Below the pieces are notes generated by a model that did no database searches, had not been told where the DNA came from, and saw only the letters and a program-made list of their open reading frames with translations. This document shows, one piece after another, positions 34,075 to 37,675 of a stretch of 37,675 nt of DNA. The position numbers and the translations under genes are program-made. Each line of letters opens with the position of its first letter. Position 1 is the stretch's first letter. The DNA comes from Psammoneis japonica (taxonomy: Eukaryota), in assembly GCA_008632985.1 (NCBI GenBank), contig QPGO01000055.1, positions 186,001-223,675 of the forward strand. Direction: 5' to 3'.

Positions 34075-36797
34075 AAGACTGGCCACATGAAAAGGTGCTG
34101 ACGCGCGCTCTCGAGCTCTCAAAATTTGTTTCGAGAAAATGGCACTTGCAAGATTTTTGAGCGATGTCAAACAATTAAAGTGTTGACATAAAACATTGCA
34201 CAAAATTCATGTGCACACAAGGACTGCCACCAATTTTTATTTGCGTCCCTCTCCGAAAGAACTGCACTGGCTTTGGCGGTTTTCTTTTTCTTGTTTCGCG
34301 CCATCTGCTCAGCGCTCTCCACCTGCTTGTTCTTCCGCTTCTCTCTCTTGCTTTTCGCAACGCGATTGAGGACGTCGTCTCCAGGATGAGGGCACATCTT
34401 GTCTTGGTCTGCCTTGTCAAGAAGCGGCCGACACTTGGCACAAAGCTCGACCTTCTTGACATCCTTGACACCTGGAGCTGTCAAGGCAAGTGGTTGTGAC
34501 GTTTGCAAGTTCTGTTTTCGTTGCTCGCTCGATTCTGTCTTCCTCTTCTTGAGATCCTCGCTAACTTCTGGCTCGCCGTCCGCTGCTTTCATTGTTGCTG
34601 CCGCAGGTTCCGAAGAATCTGTCACTTCAAAGCAGTGGTGCTTCGCAACTGTGCTGCACTTCTTGTGATGTTGGTCAAAATGCACTCCATGCCCCACAAA
34701 ATCCTCCTCCTTCGCTTCAACGACCTGAACGCACTCGGAGGTGTCCAAGGCTGTCAAGAGTTTGCGGAACGTGCCGATGTTCTTGTCACGGCAAGTTTGC
34801 TTGAGGCTGTTGAAGAGCCTGTCACAGGCATTCTTGGTGTGCCCTTTTGTCAAAAAAACAATGCTCACTTCTTTGAAACATCCTTGTTCCACCAGGTGAG
34901 AAGCAAGTCTCAATGCCGTGTTGTTTTTGTTTTGCCCGATGCAGTTGTCAAAAATCAATGCGAGCTTTCCGCCTGGACCCTCACTGACATCCAACAATCC
35001 ACCATCATGTGAGTGCTTCATCACAAGGGAAGCAACATTGTCACCTCCCTTTTGGCCAGCACCCTCATGGCAGACGCATGCATGCAAAAAATCCTTGAAC
35101 TCATCTTCCGTCACCGTCACAACTTTTTTCCCCGCAGGATTGGCAACCCCAAACATGTTGATCGTCAAAGGAGAGAAGTGGTGCGTCTCCCCTGGCTGAT
35201 CCGCCCCAAAATGTGGAAGCCCACCATTTTGACAACAGTCACCAATCCTTGCGTAAGTTCGCTCGCCGTGTGCCTTGTCGGCTTTTGCGTGTTCCATCGC
35301 TTCCGAAATGTGCTGTTGCACGAGTGTCCGTTGCTTTCGAGCCCACTCGACGTGCTTTGCGGCGTGTGATGTTTCATTTTCCTGTTCTTCAATCTCTTTC
35401 ATTCTCACCTCTGCATCTGCTCCATCTTCTTCATCATCATCGCTCTCCTCCTCCTCATCCTCGTCGTCGTCGCTCTCACCCCCCGTCTTTTCTTTCATCG
35501 CTTTCATCCTGAAGCCATTTGTGAACTTGTGGCATTCGTCGCAGATGTCACGAGTGGGCCTTCTCACGACAATTTCAGGACAGTTCTTTTTCCAGAACTT
35601 GCAAAATTGTGCCCAGGAGCACATTGGTTGCTGGTCTTCTCCTTCGATTGGTTCCGCCTTAAGAAACTTGCCTTTGTGGTTCGATTTGAGGGTCCAACCA
35701 TTTTCTTGTCCGCACCGTTTGTGTGATCCACGCTTTTTCACGGTGGGAGGCAAGTCGTGTGTGTCTTCATCTCTCAAGCCGACACCTGTCTCTTCTCTAA
35801 CCAGTCTCATTGCACGTGGCTCAGAAAGTTCCTTCATGTCATCAAAACATGCGTGAAGGGCTGCATGCATTTCGGGTGCAAGCGTCTTGTTCGCGTTCTG
35901 CCCAGTCTTCCCTTTGAGACCATGTTGCGGAAAGACACTGCTCTTTGCACTCAACTTGGCGGTTCTCCAGAACTTTCTCCCTTTGCCTGGCAATGCAAGG
36001 AGGGCACTGCAGCAGACCAGATGATCGTCCGGCGGCGTCCCCTCCTCCGCCTCCTCCTCGTCGTTGTCGTCAGTTTTCAACAGCGGCAAAAACAAAGCAG
36101 CGACAATCACCCTTGCATGCGTGCTTCTGAATGAAAGTAGAATGTTTGATCCAGGATGTAAAAGCAGCATGTGTTTCTGTGCACTCCAGTCTTTCAAAGC
36201 ACACGAGGCAGCTGCTCAACATTTTCACGATGGAGGTGTCGTTGTTCTCCAACATTGCTCTTAGCTTCTGCAGACACTGACATTTCGCAGGTTTCTTTGT
36301 GGTTGCCTGGATGCAATGTTCATGGAAAATGGGGGACTCGCCAGGGTCGGAAAGCCAATCGCAGAACTTTTCTGCCGCCTCATCGTCCTTGACGCCTTTG
36401 GTCAGTTTCAGCCGCGCCATTTTTTTTGTGACGCTTTTGCTTTTGCTCTTGTTGCCTCCACCAAGAGAATTTCAAATTCGAACCTTATGTCAAGTGCTCA
36501 ACAATTTGTGCAGACTTGCACAATCTTAAAAATCATGTGCTTTTGTGCAACTTGTGTGCGTGACTTTCTTGGCATGTCATTTCGCGCAATTCCTCAACGG
36601 TCAAAACACTCACAGTGAACAATTCAAGCCGTTAATTTAGTTTGTGGCCAACAAAATGTCAAGGAAGCATTGCCAGCCATTGACACATGCATCGCTGAAG
36701 AGCTGAGATCAAGAGCTTTCAATCAGCATCCACACCTCAAAATCGACCACACGAGCTGTTTCGAGCTCCGTTGGCACCTTTCCATGTGGCCAGTCTT
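34075..36797 (-). mobile_element. Sola1-type DNA transposon, copy 2 (2723 bp)
   Basis: Colinear with copy 1 (offset 11246-11247). TIRs AAGACTGGCCACATG(A/G)AAAGGTGC. Left TSD ATTT (34071-34074), right GTTT (36798-36801). Flanks differ from copy 1. Confidence 0.92.
34167..36420 (-). pseudogene. Sola-type transposase, copy 2, with a +1 frameshift at ~36090 and read-through of the copy-1 stop position
   Basis: ATG at 36420 (MARLKLTKG). cggcAAAAAc versus cggcAAAAc in copy 1 splits it into ORFs 36070-36420 and 34167-36197. Same catalytic motifs as copy 1. Confidence 0.9.
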
Positions 36798-36801
36798 GTT
36801 T

Positions 36802-37675
36802 GTTGAACCTGACATTGCATGTGGTGTTCTGCAGCCACCTGTTGAAACTGGTGCCAGAGAGAATTGTTGGAAAAAAGAGCCTGTCTGATGACACAAAGAT
36901 GGGCACATTGTGTGCTGAAGCATTTGCCCACATGCTGCTGAAGAACAACTTTGATGCATGGCATGCAGAGCACAAGAGCAACAGCAAGGACAGTGCTTTG
37001 GTGCCAGACTGTGTGATGCGGAGGTTGACAATGAAGGCAACCCCACCAGAAGGAAGGGCTTGTGTGAATTTGTTGTGCCAGAACTGGCAGTTGCAGAGCA
37101 CAAGGATGCCAACAACGGCTTGAGCACATTCACATTGTTGGAAAAAGGCCCAGGAGAGCCTGCAGAACAAGGAGTGGTGCAGGAGCCAATGAACAAGTTC
37201 AAGGAGGAGAGGGAGAAGTCTTGCAAGAGTCACAACAAGAACATCAAGAAGGTGCAAGTGGAGCAGAAGACACAGGAGCACATGTCCATTTTGATGGAAG
37301 TCACCAATGAACTGGAGAGCAGCACAAGGGGCTGCCAGGCAAGGAATGTGGTGCCAAGAAGAAAATGTGCATGAGATGACTGAAGCACTTTGCAGCAAGG
37401 AAATCCAGCAGAGCAGGGGAAGGTGCAGCCAGAAGATGATGCAAGACACCCAGGAAGAGCAGGGGGGCAGTCACCACAGGCAAACAAGTTCTTCAAGGAG
37501 CTGGGTTTGGAGATCAAACAACATGTTGCAAGTGAACAACCAGGCCAGCAGGAGGACATGTTTGAGAAGATTGCACAGCAAGCTGCAGAAAGCAACAGGA
37601 GGGTGGGAACAACAAGTCCAACAGCAAAGGCAAGCATGTGGTGGACTGTGCTGAGGTGCACAAACTGAAGTTGAT
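36802..37675 (+). pseudogene. Decayed coding relic, probably a transposon accessory ORF, into which Sola copy 2 inserted
   Basis: Frameshifted protein-like fragments EAFAHMLLKNNFDAW, KFKEEREK..KKVQVEQK and GGQSPQANKFFKELGLEIK. TA is essentially absent. Confidence 0.4.

Noticed and set aside
22828..36797. The two 2.7-kb direct repeats as LTRs, a composite transposon or a segmental duplication
   Set aside because: Each has its own TIRs and its own TSD (AATT versus ATTT/GTTT), and homology stops exactly at the TIRs, so they are independent insertions.
14060..37675. Classical RIP, plain CpG deamination or an alternative genetic code as the explanation of the composition
   Set aside because: RIP would enrich TA. 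CpG decay cannot remove TA or Tyr. Host genes use Tyr and all three stop codons normally, and non-coding TIRs/TSDs are altered too.

Overview
This is eukaryotic DNA, most likely a diatom or other stramenopile (inferred from gene content and short GT-AG introns), in two very different halves. Bases 1-13.6 kb are ordinary gene-dense host DNA: the 3' part of a 9+-exon VPS13 gene, a 79-aa zinc-finger/CaaX gene and a single-chain MPC1-MPC2 mitochondrial pyruvate carrier. Bases ~13.7-37.7 kb are a nest of DNA transposons: two independent 2723-bp Sola1-type insertions, GAC...GTC MITEs with 4-bp TSDs, a ~9.4-kb long-TIR element with an Academ-like transposase and a convergent second ORF, and older unidentifiable relics. 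The main discovery is a repeat-associated hypermutation that converts TpA to TpG or CpA (A-to-G on either strand), the opposite direction to fungal RIP. It is visible directly in TIR, TSD and paralogue comparisons. It turns Tyr codons into Cys/His, erases TAA/TAG stops, largely spares TTA/TAA contexts, runs ahead of CpG decay and stops at sharp boundaries, even inside one ORF. All alignments and counts were done by eye; no searches were run.
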